A DNA stretch of 64,000 nucleotides from Neocallimastix sp. 'constans' (taxonomy: Eukaryota). Under the pieces are notes generated by a model. That model did no database searches, was not told the origin of the DNA, and saw only the letters and a program-made list of their open reading frames with translations. Numbering within the stretch: the stretch's first letter is position 1; every line of letters begins with the position of its first letter. The DNA is taken from assembly GCA_050613775.1 (NCBI GenBank), contig JBODTK010000010.1, positions 868,001 to 932,000 of the forward strand, in the 5' to 3' direction. A program made the position numbers and the translations under genes. Below, piece by piece: positions 28,175 to 41,282 of this stretch.

Positions 28175-28696
28175 TATAAATATATATATATATATAAAAT
28201 AAATATTGAAAAATTAAATATTAAAAAAAAAAAAATAAATATTGAAAAATTAAAAAAAAAAAAAAAAAAATTAAAATAATATGAAGTTTTTTCTTTTTCT
28301 CTTTTTTTTTTTTATTCTGTAGTAGATAATTATTTAAATTAAAATAACTCCAATGTTATTACATATCTAGTTACATATCTAGTTTAAAAACAATATAAAT
28401 CATCAGGTTCACTTTCTACAGTCTTCCAATATTCCATAATTTTCTCTCTCTTCGTACTAGGAGCCACTTAAAGAAAGGATTAACCATCCTTTATCATCAG
28501 AATGACAAGAAAGCTGTAATTAGTACACCTGATATAGGCTATTCCTTTTCCATCAACCCTCCATGAACCTGGAATAAAATAATAAAATAAATAAAAATAA
28601 TAAAATAAATAAAATAATAAAACAAATAAAATAAATAAAATAATAAAAATAATAAAAATAATAAAAATAATAAAAATAATAAAATAATAAAATAAT

Positions 28697-29836
28697 TTTT
28701 TTTTTTTTTTATTTTTTTTTTAACGGCAGCAAATTTTATTTCATCTTTATTAATTAAATAAATAAATAAAAAAAAAAAAAAAAAGATAAAAAAATTAAAA
28801 AAACAAACAAAAAAAAAAAAAACACAAAAAAAAAAAAAAAAATAAAATAAAATAAAACAATGGTCTAATGTATTCTAGTTTCATTTAATGAATATCTGTA
28901 AGACTTCACAAGGGCGTCATTATATTATTCTGTAGTATAATATAATAATTATTTTTTAACTTCACAATATTACTCATAATTTTAAGATACGAAATTATGA
29001 TCAAGATAATCATAAAAAAGTTTTATAAAATCGGAATGTTTCTTTAAATCTGGTTTTGTCATGAAATTCAACTTTTTTTTTTTTTTAGAATTGATTTTCA
29101 TATCTCTTTTCCCTTTTCCAATAAAAATCCTTGATTTTTTTTTTTTATCGTTACTACCTTTTTTTCTCTAGTTTACGTTTAAGAGTTCTACTTTCTTTCA
29201 TATATGGATATTTTCATGATTTTGGAAGATTATTGATTAAATAGGAAATAAAACAATTTGAAACTTTCCATTTTTTAAAACATTTGACTTGAGATAAAGC
29301 ACAAAGCACACTTTGCTGACAATGGACGAATATTTAAATCTTTTGAAATAGAAAATAAATAGAAATATATACAGTAATAAAATGATTTGGATTTGTGTAA
29401 ACATGCAATCCTTCTTAATCCTTTATTAATTAATTTCTGAGTATTATTTGTTCTCGCTTTATTTAGAACCAAGTAAAGGTACAAAGTAAGAGACTTTACT
29501 TAAGCACGTAGGAGTTAATTATAATCTTTCTTAAATGGAATAGGAATTTTTTGGAAATTTGAAAGAAATTTATTAACAGAAAAGAGAGCTTTAGTAACTT
29601 TAGAGTTAAGTAATTTAATAATAGGGTTCATCGATAAGCTTTTATCAAATGGTATACCTAAAATAGGTATAACATGTATTTATTATTAGGATTGCTTGAC
29701 CAGCAAGATGAAAATGTAGGATCTCTTTTATTTTGAATAAAAAAGAGGTGTGTCTGGTCGAATCATCATCGTTGCACACTTGTTAATTCCAAAATTCATC
29801 ATATTAAATTTAGCCCATTCATTTACCTTCTTAAGC

Positions 29837-29867
<31 letters not shown>

Positions 29868-29915
29868 TTTGTTCTTGACGGTGCGCATAGAACAATATCA
29901 TCTGCAAAAAAGAGG
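28697..29915 (-). mobile_element. LINE subfamily A copy, degenerate, with internal deletion of the zinc-finger region
   Basis: Minus strand: LFADDIVLCAPS (RT catalytic motif), KVNEWAKFNMMNFGINKCATM, YLGIPFDKSLSMNP..KVTKALFSV, then sequence matching 58242-58800. The 3' UTR ends gctgccgtt followed by an A-rich tail. Confidence 0.9.
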
Positions 29916-30719
29916 TTGAATTTCGACTTGAACTTGTATTTGAGATTGAAGTAGTGATAAATTAAGTTGATATTATATAATTATATGATGAATTAACTTT
30001 TTCTGATAAAGGCAAAATGTTTCCTTTTTGAGAGAAGAAAAAAACTATATTTATGATTCCTATTGCTACAATTAATAAAGTTAATTGAAAGAACCTTTTA
30101 AACTATTAATAATACATTCAGTAATAGATGCTATTTCTTCTTCATTACCTACTATTTTAATTTTTAAAGAATACATCATTAAAATTAGTAAAACATTTAA
30201 CTGATAAAACCTTAATATTTAAATTCTTTCATAATTTTCTTTAAATGTCTTCTCATTTTGATTTCTGTCCATGATCGAAGTCCCCGGATAAAGAGTAGTT
30301 TCGTATTCTCTCCATTGAAATACCGTGGCATCTTGAACCTCTTAGATTGGAATGAAATTTTTATTTTTTATATATTGGATTTATTGGATTTCCATAATAG
30401 TAATAAAAAAAAACTAAAAAAAAATAAACTAAAAAAAAAAAAAACTAAAAAATAATAAACTAAAAAGAAAAAAAAAAAATAAAAAATAAAAGTCAGTTTT
30501 TATTATAAAGTCTTGAGTATAATGAGAATTGTAATAATTTTATATCTTTTTTTTTGGTGTAAATAATTTTGATAATTAGTAGCTTGGTGAATGATTGAAA
30601 AATAATTTGATTTAGCGCTTTTTTTTTTTTTTTTTCTGTAGATTATCTAATTTGAATATCATTAAAGTATTTAATGACTAAGATTGAATTGATGAAATAT
30701 AATGGCACAAAATTAGTAA

Positions 30720-31100
30720 GGAATTATATAAATTACTACAAGATTTTAGAGTGGAATCAATCTCTTACAACACAGGATACATGAAATATAGAGTTGAAAT
30801 ACAATGGAATACAATAGATTCATACATGAGAATAATAATACGACATGATAATAGAAATATAATGAAAATATATTACTTATTCTTGGGTGTAACTTATTTA
30901 ACAATGTTCTAAAAATGCACCATTATACTCCGAAGTGAATGATCACCAGATAAAAAAAATATTTTACTAACAACATTACCATAGCGCATAATGTTATTAA
31001 TTAACATAAAATATAACTTTACTCTTATAAAGTAGATCCACAGTACTGGTGCAAAATAGTAGTAAAGTTGATTCCCCTTGTAGTCAATTTATTATACATA
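30720..31100 (-). mobile_element. Possible highly decayed LINE remnant
   Basis: Minus strand has YFAPVL (cf. YFAPLL in LINE-A) and a CPCCK-like trace near 30770. Confidence 0.3.
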
Positions 31101-31302
31101 AATCGAGTACACCCCTAATCGGGAATAAAATAAATAAAATTATATAATAATAAAATATTTAAATATTAAAATATTAAAATATTAAAATATTAAAATATTA
31201 AAATATTTATAATAATAAATTCAACAGAATATATAAAATTTTAAACATATTTTTTTTTTTATATATTTAATATAATGATTTTATTTATTTATTTAATTTT
31301 TT

Positions 31303-31340
<38 letters not shown>

Positions 31341-31729
31341 CAAATTTTTTTTTTGTTAATATTATTACTTAAATTTTAATTTATAATTTACAAAATAAAT
31401 ATTTTTTTTAATAGATTGTCTTATTTTAAATAATATATGAAGTTAATTTTATTTACATTATATATTCTTAAATATTACTACCGATATATTTTTTTTTTAA
31501 GAATACAAAAAAAAAATTAAAATAAATATGAAAACGGTATAGATAGATAAACTAGTTAGTTTTAACGTTTTAATATTTACTTATCTAATATTATATTATA
31601 TAAATATTTATAATAATTATATATGTGACCTTTTTTTTTAATATTTTAATATTGCTATTTGAGAAAAAGTTCATATATAATTATTATCTTATTTTTATCT
31701 TATTTTATTTTATTTTATTTATTTATTTA

Positions 31730-31761
<32 letters not shown>

Positions 31762-31824
31762 TTATTTTTTTGTGTATTCAAAAATTCAATAAATAATTCG
31801 TTAGAAGATTTGTCGATTTTATTT

Positions 31825-32604
31825 TTATTGAACTTGAATAGTACGATGTTGAGTTTTTGGTGGCACGACCTTTGGAATTGTAACTAATAACACACCATTT
31901 TCCATTTTAGCTTGGATTTTATCAAGATTTGCAGTTTCATGAATATTAAAGGCTCTTGAGAATTTACCATATTGGCAATCCATCTTACTAATCTTTAAAT
32001 TATTCTTCATCTCTGGTGACTTATATTTGTTTTGTCTCTTTCCAGATATTTTTAATATTCTATCTTCAGATAATTCCATATGAATTTGTTCCTTACTCAT
32101 ACCTGGTAAGTCTAATTGAATATAGTAATTGTTTTCATCTTCACAGAGGTCATTATTTGGACGGAAATCTACTAACTTATAGACATCTTTATCGTGACGA
32201 GTGGAACGTTTTCTTGATGCTGATTTAGCTTGTGCCTTTGGATGTGGAATAGCAGCTGGAACTGGAGTTGGTACTGGAGTTGGTACTGGAGCTGGAACTG
32301 CCGTTGCCATTGGAGTTGGTACCGGAGCTGGAACTGCAGATTTAACAGGTTTGGATTCGGTAACTGGTTTTACAGTTTCTGAAGTTTTATTTCTAGACTC
32401 CGTATCAGATTCCGAATTTGAAGTTAATGGATAGCTATAAAAGAATGGTGGATAACCGTAATAAAAGGGATAACCAGAAAGATAAGGATTTACATAATAA
32501 GTATTTTCATTTTCATTATCTTTTTCTGATTCATCAACTACTGAATTATTTAAAATTGAGCGGTCACTTTCCTTAATTGGTTCGTCGTAAAAGAAGAAAG
32601 ACAT
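31825..32604 (-). CDS. Small heat-shock protein (Hsp20/alpha-crystallin domain), divergent 259-aa paralog with Pro/Thr/Ala/Val repeat linker
   Basis: YYIQLDLPGM..LKISGKR..YGKFSRAF..AKMENGVLLVTIPK with C-terminal IQV (IXI/V) motif; PAPVPTP repeats. Confidence 0.95.
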   Translation of the reverse strand: MSFFFYDEPIKESDRSILNNSVVDESEKDNENENTYYVNPYLSGYPFYYGYPPFFYSYPLTSNSESDTESRNKTSETVKPVTESKPVKSAVPAPVPTPMATAVPAPVPTPVPTPVPAAIPHPKAQAKSASRKRSTRHDKDVYKLVDFRPNNDLCEDENNYYIQLDLPGMSKEQIHMELSEDRILKISGKRQNKYKSPEMKNNLKISKMDCQYGKFSRAFNIHETANLDKIQAKMENGVLLVTIPKVVPPKTQHRTIQVQ

Positions 32605-33736
32605 TTTTTTTTTTTTTTTTAACTTTGTATATTATTTTTAATTTAAATTTGTTTTGATTATTTGTTTAATAAAATTATTTTATTATATTTTATTTTTATT
32701 TATTTTTATTATTTTATTGTTTATTTTATTTTATTTTTTTTTTTAATTTAAAGTATTTATTTATTTTAATATCTCTTTTTTTTTTTTTTTTTTTTTTTAT
32801 TGTTTTTTTATTATTTAAAGTTATTTTTAATTAATAATTATTTAAAATTAATATAATTAAATTTATAATTAAATTTATCTTATTTTTTTTTTAAAGTCTT
32901 TTAATGACATTTTTATATTGAATTCTAAAAATTCAATACAATTTTAATTATTATAATTTTTTAATAATAAAGATTTATTATACTTATTATTATTTTCTTC
33001 TTCTCCAATAATTAAAGAATTTCCTTCACAATTTCTTTTAAAGATTAAAAAATATAAAAAAAAAAAAAAAATTAGAAGAAACTAGAAAAAAAATTTTTTT
33101 TATATATTTATATTATATTAATAATATATTAATATATATATGACTAAATATATTTAAATATATTAACCTAAATATTAAAATTAATTAGCCAATAAAAACT
33201 TTATTTATTATAAGTTTTATATACTTTGAAATTTTTTTTTTTTTTTTAATTTATTATTTTTATAATTATTATTATTTTTTTTTTTTTTTTTAAAATTCCA
33301 TAAAAATAATTTGGTCCAGAAATATGTAGAAGAAATATGTAGAAAAAAAAAAAATATGGGATTGCATAGAATTATGTCGAAAAATTTTATAAAGAATGAA
33401 AATTATAATGAAATATGTAATTCTCAATATAATGAATTAAATATTGCTTTCTATCTAATTAATAATACTATTTTATAAATAATTTTTATTATATATTATT
33501 TCTTATTAAATTTTAAATTACATACATATTAAAAAATTAAAAAAAAAAAAAAAAAAAAAAAAGTATAAAAGCACTAAAATTTTACTTTAATAAAATTTTT
33601 TTTTTTAATACGTTAATTTTAATTATATAAATATATTTATATTAAATTAAATAATAAACAAACAAACAAATAAACGATAAAAAATTTAAAAAAGAAACAA
33701 TTTAATACTAAAACAAAAAAAAAATATAAATTCAGA

Positions 33737-34354
33737 ATGTCTTTATTCTTTTTAAATGATCCAATTAAGGAAAGCGATCGCTCAATCTTAAATAATTCGG
33801 TATTAGATGATAATAAAAGTGATAAAAGTGATGATAATGATTACTATAATCATCCTTTAGTTTCTGGTTATCCTTATTTCTTTGGTTATCCTCCTTATGC
33901 TTATCATCCAACTTCTCAATCCGCTAAACCTTCTCGAAAAACATCTCAAAAGTTAAATAATAATGCTACAAAAAGACAATCGTCTCAGGCTTTTGATAAA
34001 GATGTCTATAAATTAGTAGATTTCCGTCCAAAGAATAATCTTTGTGAAGATAATAAAAACTACTATATTCAATTAGATTTACCAGGTATGACTAAAGAAC
34101 AAATTCATATGGAATTATCTGAAGATAGTATTTTAATAATTTCAGGTGAAAGAGAAAATAAATATAAAAAGGCACCTAATATGAAAATTAGTAAGATGGA
34201 ATGTGAGTATGGTAAATTCTCTAGATCTTTCAGTATTCCTGAGACAGCTGATCTTGACAAGATCGAAGCTAAAATGGAGAATGGATCATTACAAGTTATA
34301 ATACCTAAAGCTGAACCACCTAAGAATCAGCGTCGTACTATTCAAGTTCAATAA
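33737..34354 (+). CDS. Hsp20 small heat-shock protein, copy 1 (205 aa)
   Basis: ACD motifs DLPG, ISGER, YGKFSRSF, AKMENGSLQVIIPK and terminal IQV; intronless. Confidence 0.96.
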   Translation: MSLFFLNDPIKESDRSILNNSVLDDNKSDKSDDNDYYNHPLVSGYPYFFGYPPYAYHPTSQSAKPSRKTSQKLNNNATKRQSSQAFDKDVYKLVDFRPKNNLCEDNKNYYIQLDLPGMTKEQIHMELSEDSILIISGERENKYKKAPNMKISKMECEYGKFSRSFSIPETADLDKIEAKMENGSLQVIIPKAEPPKNQRRTIQVQ

Positions 34355-34911
34355 ATATAATTGATTATTAACGATTTATTTAATGAATTTGAATATTTTT
34401 TAATATTAATTATTAAATCATAAAAAAAAAATGATTTAAAAATATACCACTATCAATTTATTATTTAATATATTATTATAAAAAAAATTAGATAAATAAT
34501 TTATTTATTTTGCATGTAAATAGAAAATCAATAAAAAAAAAATAAAAATAAAAAATTATTTAAAAAAAAAAAAAGATATAAAGTTTTGTATATAATTTGA
34601 GTTTTTTTTAATAAATATTTAAATTTATAATTAATATTATTAAAATTGTTCACTAATTTATTTTTTTTATTGTTATTATTGTAATTTTTTTTTCAAAAAA
34701 AAAAAAAAAAAACAAGAAGTAAATAATTCTATTATGCTATGTATAATATATAATTTATTTATTTATTTATTTAACTTCAAAATAATTATATTAGGTATTA
34801 ATTTTTTAGTTTAATAGTTGATTTTTGTATTTTTTATATAATTAATTAAATATGGTTATTAGTTGTTAATTAAAATTTGATAATAAATTTTTATATATTT
34901 TATATTTTGTT

Positions 34912-34940
34912 TTGCCGTTAAAAAAAAAAAAAAAAAAAAA
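34912..34940 (+). mobile_element. Minimal LINE-A 3'-end footprint (ttgccgtt + A21) with 9-bp TSD
   Basis: tgccgtt(A)n equals the LINE-A terminus at 59700-59739. tattttgtt occurs at 34903-34911 and 34941-34949. Confidence 0.6.
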
Positions 34941-35789
34941 TATTTTGTTATTTTTATCATTTTTTTTATATAAAATAATGTTTACATTTACTAAATTGTA
35001 ATAAAAAAAACTAATTTAATTTAGATTGCTCTTCTTTTGAAATAATAACTATTATTACTTCTTTTACTATCTTATCTTCAACATGTATGGAAAATTCATT
35101 TTGGTATAATTAAATTGGTTCATTAATTTAACCCTTTCATAAGAAATACCTAAAGTGTAAAAGTGTTAATTCCATTTGAAAAATTTATTATAATATTTTT
35201 TTGCATATTCATAATGATTGAATTTTGGACAGAAATCATTTAGTTAATAATCATTTTTTTCAGAAAGACGTTACAAAATATTTTTTTTTTTTACATTAGC
35301 TTTAAAATTTTAATCCGAATTTATGACATTCTTTGAATGATTAAAATATCAAAAATGAATAAAAATGAAATGACTAGATAAATTATCACTATTACTTTCA
35401 TTAATTAGCTAATTGAATAAAAAATAAAAAAAAACATTTTAATTATTATTTATAACTTCTTAATTATTATTTATTTATAACTTTATCTTTTAAAAATAAC
35501 ATATTATATATTTTAGTTAATTAAAAGTTTTTAATAATGATATATCTAAAATCTAAATCTTTTAATTAATAATATTTGTTATTTATTATTATTTTAAATA
35601 TTTTATTATGGAATAATTAAATTATGTTAAAAATTGCATAATTACTTTTTATAGTAACTTTATTAATTAAAAATTTTTTTAATAATAATTTTAAAATATA
35701 TAAATCTGAAAAATGAAAAATGATAATGTATTAATAAATGTATTAATTTATTACGTATTACTATTATTTAATGTATTACTTTTATTTAT

Positions 35790-36065
35790 TTTTCTACAAT
35801 TTTCTACATTATTTTGATAATAAAATTATTCTTTATTTTTCTATAAAATTTTTCTTTTATTATTCTTTTTTTCTTTAATTTCTTTATAATTATTAATAAT
35901 ATTAAAAATAATTATAAATATTTCGATATAGATTTAAATTAAATATTATTTATTAATATTTATTATTATTAAAAGGAAATTCTTTATATCAAATTTTAAT
36001 TACCAAGAATTAATAATTCATTATTTTTTTTTTTTATTTTAAAAAAAATATAAATATGACAAAAA
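35790..36065 (+). promoter_or_regulatory. Conserved Hsp20 upstream module: step-type HSE-like TTC(n7)TTC, AAGGAAATTCTTT and ATGACAAAA; present with variations before copies 2-11
   Basis: ttTTCtacaattTTCtacat at ~35790, aaggaaattcttt at ~35973 and atgacaaaa at ~36056. Homologues are seen in the other units. Function is inferred. Confidence 0.5.
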
Positions 36066-36254
36066 ATTCAGTTTAAAATTTTTAAATTCATCAATTTTTA
36101 AATATAAATAATTATTTAAAATATTTAAAATTAAAAAAGTTATATATTAAAACATAAAAATAAATAAATAAAATAAAATAAAAAGTATATAATTATTAAA
36201 TAATATAAGAAAAAAATAAATAATAAAAAATAATAAAATAAATATAAATTCAAA

Positions 36255-36872
36255 ATGTCTTTATTCTTTTTAAATGATCCAATTAAGGAAAGCGATCGCT
36301 CGATCTTAAATAATTCAGTATTAGATGATAATAAAAGTGATAAAAGTGATGATAATGAATATTATAATCATCCTTTAGTTTCTGGTTATCCTTTTTTCTT
36401 TGGTTATCCTCCTTATGCTTATCGTCCAAATTCTCAATCAGCTAAATCTTCTCAAAAAACAACTCAAAAGTCAAACAATAATACTGCAAAAAGACAATCA
36501 TCTCAGGCTTTAGATAAAGATGTCTATAAGTTAGTAGATTTCCGTCCAAAGAATAATCTTTGTGAAGATGATAAAAACTACTATATTCAATTAGATTTAC
36601 CAGGTATGACTAAAGAACAAATTCATATGGAATTATCTGAAGATAGTATTTTAATTATTTCAGGTGAAAGAGAAAATAAATATAAAAAGGCACCTAACAT
36701 GAAAATTAGTAAGATGGAATGTGAATATGGTAAATTTTCTAGATCTTTCAGTATTCCTGAAACAGCTGATCTTGATAAGATTGAAGCTAAAATGGAGAAT
36801 GGATCATTACAAGTTATAATACCTAAAGCTGAACCACCTAAGAATCAACGTCGTACTATTCAAGTTCAATAA
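36255..36872 (+). CDS. Hsp20 copy 2 (205 aa)
   Basis: Near-identical to copy 1, intact. Confidence 0.96.
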   Translation: MSLFFLNDPIKESDRSILNNSVLDDNKSDKSDDNEYYNHPLVSGYPFFFGYPPYAYRPNSQSAKSSQKTTQKSNNNTAKRQSSQALDKDVYKLVDFRPKNNLCEDDKNYYIQLDLPGMTKEQIHMELSEDSILIISGERENKYKKAPNMKISKMECEYGKFSRSFSIPETADLDKIEAKMENGSLQVIIPKAEPPKNQRRTIQVQ

Positions 36873-37211
36873 ATATAATTGATTATTAACGATTTATTTA
36901 ATGAATTTGAATAATTTTAATATTAATTATTAAATCATAAAAAAAAAATGATTTAAAAATATACCACTATCAATTTATTATTTAATATATTATTAAAAAA
37001 AAAATTAGATTATTAATTTATTTATTTTACATGTAAATAGAAAAACAATAAAAAAAAATAAAAATAAAAAATAATTTAAAAAAAAAAAAAGATATAAAGT
37101 TTTGTATATAATTTGAGTTTTTTTTTATTAAATATTTAAATTTATAATTAATATTATTAAAATTGTTCACTAATTTATTTTTTTTATTGTTATTATTGTA
37201 ATTTTTTTTTT

Positions 37212-37267
<56 letters not shown>

Positions 37268-37458
37268 AATTCTATTATGTTATGTATAATATATAATATA
37301 TTTATTTATTTATTTATTTAACTTCAAAATAATTATATTAGGTATTAATTTTTTAGTTTAATAGTTGATTTTTGTATTTTTTATATAATTAATTAAATAT
37401 GGTTATTAGTTGTTAATTAAAATTTGATAATAAATTTTTATATATTTTATATTTTGTT

Positions 37459-37485
37459 TTGCCGTTAAAAAAAAAAAAAAAAAAA
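37459..37485 (+). mobile_element. Duplicated copy of the minimal LINE-A footprint
   Basis: Same ttgccgtt(A)n at the homologous spacer position; flanks tattttgtt / tattttctt. Confidence 0.55.
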
Positions 37486-38771
37486 TATTTTCTTATTTTT
37501 ATTATTTTTTTTTATAAAATAATGTTTACATTTACTAAATTGTAATAAAAAAACTAATTTACTTTAGATCGTTCATTTTTTAAAATAATAACTATTATTA
37601 CTTCTTTAACTATCTTATCTTCAACATATATTTAAAATTCATTTTGATATAATTAAATTGATTCATTAATTTAACCCTTTCATAAGAAATACCTAAAGTG
37701 TAAAAGTGCTAATTCCATTTGAAAAATATATTATAATATTTCTTTGCATATTCATAATGATTGAATTTTGGACAGAAATCATTTAGTTAATAATCATTTT
37801 TTTCAGAAAAACGTTACAAAATTTTTTTTTTTTACATTAGCATTAAAATTTTAATCTGAATTTATGACATTCTTTGAATGAGACTGAAATATCAAATATG
37901 AATAAAGATGAAATGATTAAATAAATCATCACTATTACTTTCATTCATCAGCTAATTGAATAAAAATTAAAAAAAAAACTTTTTAATTATTATTTATTTA
38001 TAAGTTTATCTTTTAAAAATAACATATTATATATTATAGTTAATTAAAAGTTTTTAATAATGATGTATCTAAAATCTAAATTAATAATATTTGTTATTTA
38101 TAATTATTTTAAATAATTTATTATGGAATAATTAAATTATGTTAATAATTGAATAATAATTTTAAAATATATAAATCTGAAAAATGAAAAATAATAATAT
38201 ATTAATAAATGTATTAATTTATTACGTATTACAATTATTTAATGTATTACGTATATTTATTTTTCTACAATTTTCTACATTATTTTGATAATAAAATTAT
38301 TTTCTTTATTTTTCTATAAAAATTTTCTTTTATTATCCTTTTTATTCTTTAATTTCTTTATAATTCTTAATAATATTAAAAATAATTATTAATATTTCGA
38401 TAAAAATTTAATAAATATTATTTATTAATATTTATTATTATTAAAAGGAAATTCTTTATATCAAATTTAATTTACCAAAAATTAATAATTATTTCTTATT
38501 TTTTTTTGTTATTATAAAAAAAAAATATAAATATGACAAAAAAATCAGTTTAAAATTCTTTAAATTCATTAATTTTTAAATATAAATAATTATTTAAAAT
38601 ATTTATTATACAATTGTATAAAAGCGTTTATAAAAAATTAAATAAAATTAAAAAAGTTATATATTAAAACATAAAAATAAATAAATAAAATAAAATAAAA
38701 AGTATATAATTATTAAATAATATAAGAAAAAATTAAATAATAAAAAATAATAAAATAAATATAAATTCAAA

Positions 38772-39389
38772 ATGTCTTTATTCTTTTTAAATGATCCAAT
38801 TAAGGAAAGCGATCGCTCAATATTAAATAATTCAGTATTAGATGATAATAAAAGTGATAAAAGTGATGATAATGATTACTATAATCATCCTTTAGTTTCT
38901 GGTTATCCTTATTTCTTTGGTTATCCTCCTTATGCTTATCATCCAAATCCTCAATCCGTTAAATCTTCTCAAAAAACATCTCAGAAGTCAAATAATAGTA
39001 CTTCAAAAAGACAATCATCTCAGGCTTTCGATAAAGATGTCTATAAGTTAGTAGATTTCCGTCCAAAGAATAATCTTTGTGAAGATGATAAAAACTACTA
39101 TATTCAATTAGATTTACCAGGTATGACTAAAGAACAAATTCATATGGAATTATCTGAAGATAGTATTTTAATAATTTCAGGTGAAAGAGAAAATAAATAT
39201 AAAAAGGCAGCTAATATGAAAATTAGTAAGATGGAATGTGAATATGGTAAATTCTCTAGATCTTTCAGTATTCCTGAAACAGCTGATCTTGATAAGATTG
39301 AAGCTAAAATGGAGAATGGATCATTACAAGTTATAATACCTAAAGCTGAACCACCTAAGAATCAACGTCGTACTATTCAAGTTCAATAA
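38772..39389 (+). CDS. Hsp20 copy 3 (205 aa)
   Basis: Intact near-identical ORF. Confidence 0.96.
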   Translation: MSLFFLNDPIKESDRSILNNSVLDDNKSDKSDDNDYYNHPLVSGYPYFFGYPPYAYHPNPQSVKSSQKTSQKSNNSTSKRQSSQAFDKDVYKLVDFRPKNNLCEDDKNYYIQLDLPGMTKEQIHMELSEDSILIISGERENKYKKAANMKISKMECEYGKFSRSFSIPETADLDKIEAKMENGSLQVIIPKAEPPKNQRRTIQVQ

Positions 39390-40509
39390 ATATAATTGAT
39401 TATTAACAATTTATTTAATGAATTTGAATATTTTTAATATTAATTATTAAATCATAAAAATAATGATTTATAAATATACCACTATCAATTTATTATTAAA
39501 TATATTATTATAAAAAAATTAGATCAATAATTTATTTATTTTGCATGTAAATAGAAAATCAATAAAAAAAAAATAAAAATTAATAATAAAAAATAATTTA
39601 AAAAAAAAAAGAAATAAACTTTTATATAAAATTTGAATATTTTCTTAATAAATATTTAATTTATTATTAGTTTTATTTAAATTTTATTTTTCCTTTTTTT
39701 TTTTAAAAAAAAATATATATATTTATTTATTTATTTGTTTTACTTCAAAGTAATTATATTATTGATATTAATTAATTTATTAGTTTTATTATTGATTTTT
39801 ATAATTTTTATATAATTAAGTTTTGATAACTATTGTAAATAATTAATAATATTATTAATTATAATAAATATATATTTATTATTACAAAATAAAAATTAAA
39901 ATGGGAATAGAAATTTTATATTTAAAATAAATTCACACTATCTATTTTAAAGATGTATGTTATATATTAGAAATTAGTTAATTTATTAGCTTAATTAATG
40001 ATTTTTAAATCTTATATAGTTACACTTCAATTATAAATAATATTAATTATAATGAATTAATATGGAAATAAAAATTTTATATTTTAAAATAAATTGTTAA
40101 ATAATATTTAAATAAATTATATATTATGTATATATTATATATTATAATAACTACTAATACTTCATTTACTAATTTGGCTTTAACATGTGTTGATAATTAA
40201 TTGTGGTATATTTAAATTCATTCACTGATTTAAATATTTTATAATATTAATTATTTTTATTATAATTAATTATTTTTTATTTATATTTATTATTTATTAT
40301 TTATATTTAATTATTTATTAATATTTTTTTTTATTATTTAAATTTAGTCATTTATTATAAACAAAGTAATAATTATTATTCAATCTTTTTTTTTTTTTTT
40401 TTTTTTTAAATTAAGAAAATAAATAACATAGTTTTATTTATTTCTAAACTTGATTATAATTTATTTATTTACTTATTATATATAATTTTATTAAAAAATA
40501 CTAAATATA

Positions 40510-41160
40510 ATTTTTTTTTCTACAATCACAATTATTGTAAACTTCAAACTTAATTAATAATTCATTTATTAATTACATGAATATTTTTTTTCTTTTTATA
40601 AAAAACACTCAAATAATAAAAATAAATATTATTTGTCCAATTAGAACAAAATAATATTTTGAATGATAATATGAAATTAATAGTAATATTCAAAATAAAG
40701 TGTATAAATAAATTCAGTAAATAGTACATATGCTACAAAACTCATCTCCAAGATTATAAGATTTCTGTTTAAACGGAATTCTTATTTTATGTTAGAGCTT
40801 GAATTGACTAACTGAAAGAAATTATGTTCTCCTTCAGAGGTATTGGCCATGCTAATTTGTCATACTCCATTTTCAGCATTGAAACACCTGGTTAGTTTGC
40901 GCTTATATTTTCAGAATAGTAACACCTTGTCGAATACTAGCCCAATGCATAATTTCTGTAAATAGAGCCCCAGATCATACCAAGAATGGCATTTTTGAAT
41001 AATCTCCAGAAATAATTTGGTTATTAAACAGAACATCCCATTCCTTTTTATAATTTAAATCAATAATATCAGCATCTCTTCCACCAAGAAGGAAGTTATA
41101 TAATCAATACCACATTTCATATTTATTTACACATTCATTATTCAGAAAATTATTAATATT
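40510..41160 (-). mobile_element. LINE subfamily B 3' fragment, degenerate
   Basis: Minus strand YNFLLGGR..KEWDVLFNNQIISGDYSKMPFLV*..NAENGV*QISMANTSEG aligns to the C-terminus of the 58242-59471 ORF, but the 3' UTR differs. Confidence 0.85.
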
Positions 41161-41282
41161 TTCCCCAATTGAACTATTTACTACATCATTACTAAATATA
41201 AAATTACTATATTATAATTAATATCATAAAGTGTAATTATATAAAAAATATAAAAATCACTAATTTAACTAATAAATTAATA

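Noticed and set aside
28380..28575. GC-richer coding-like patch; similar ones at 30240-30350, 53010-53165, 56130-56270 and 62205-62345
   Set aside because: Stops interrupt the frames and no motif was recognisable; probably TE debris but unassignable by eye.
32016..32434. Plus-strand ORFs including a GVGTG repeat
   Set aside because: Antisense of the 259-aa sHSP.
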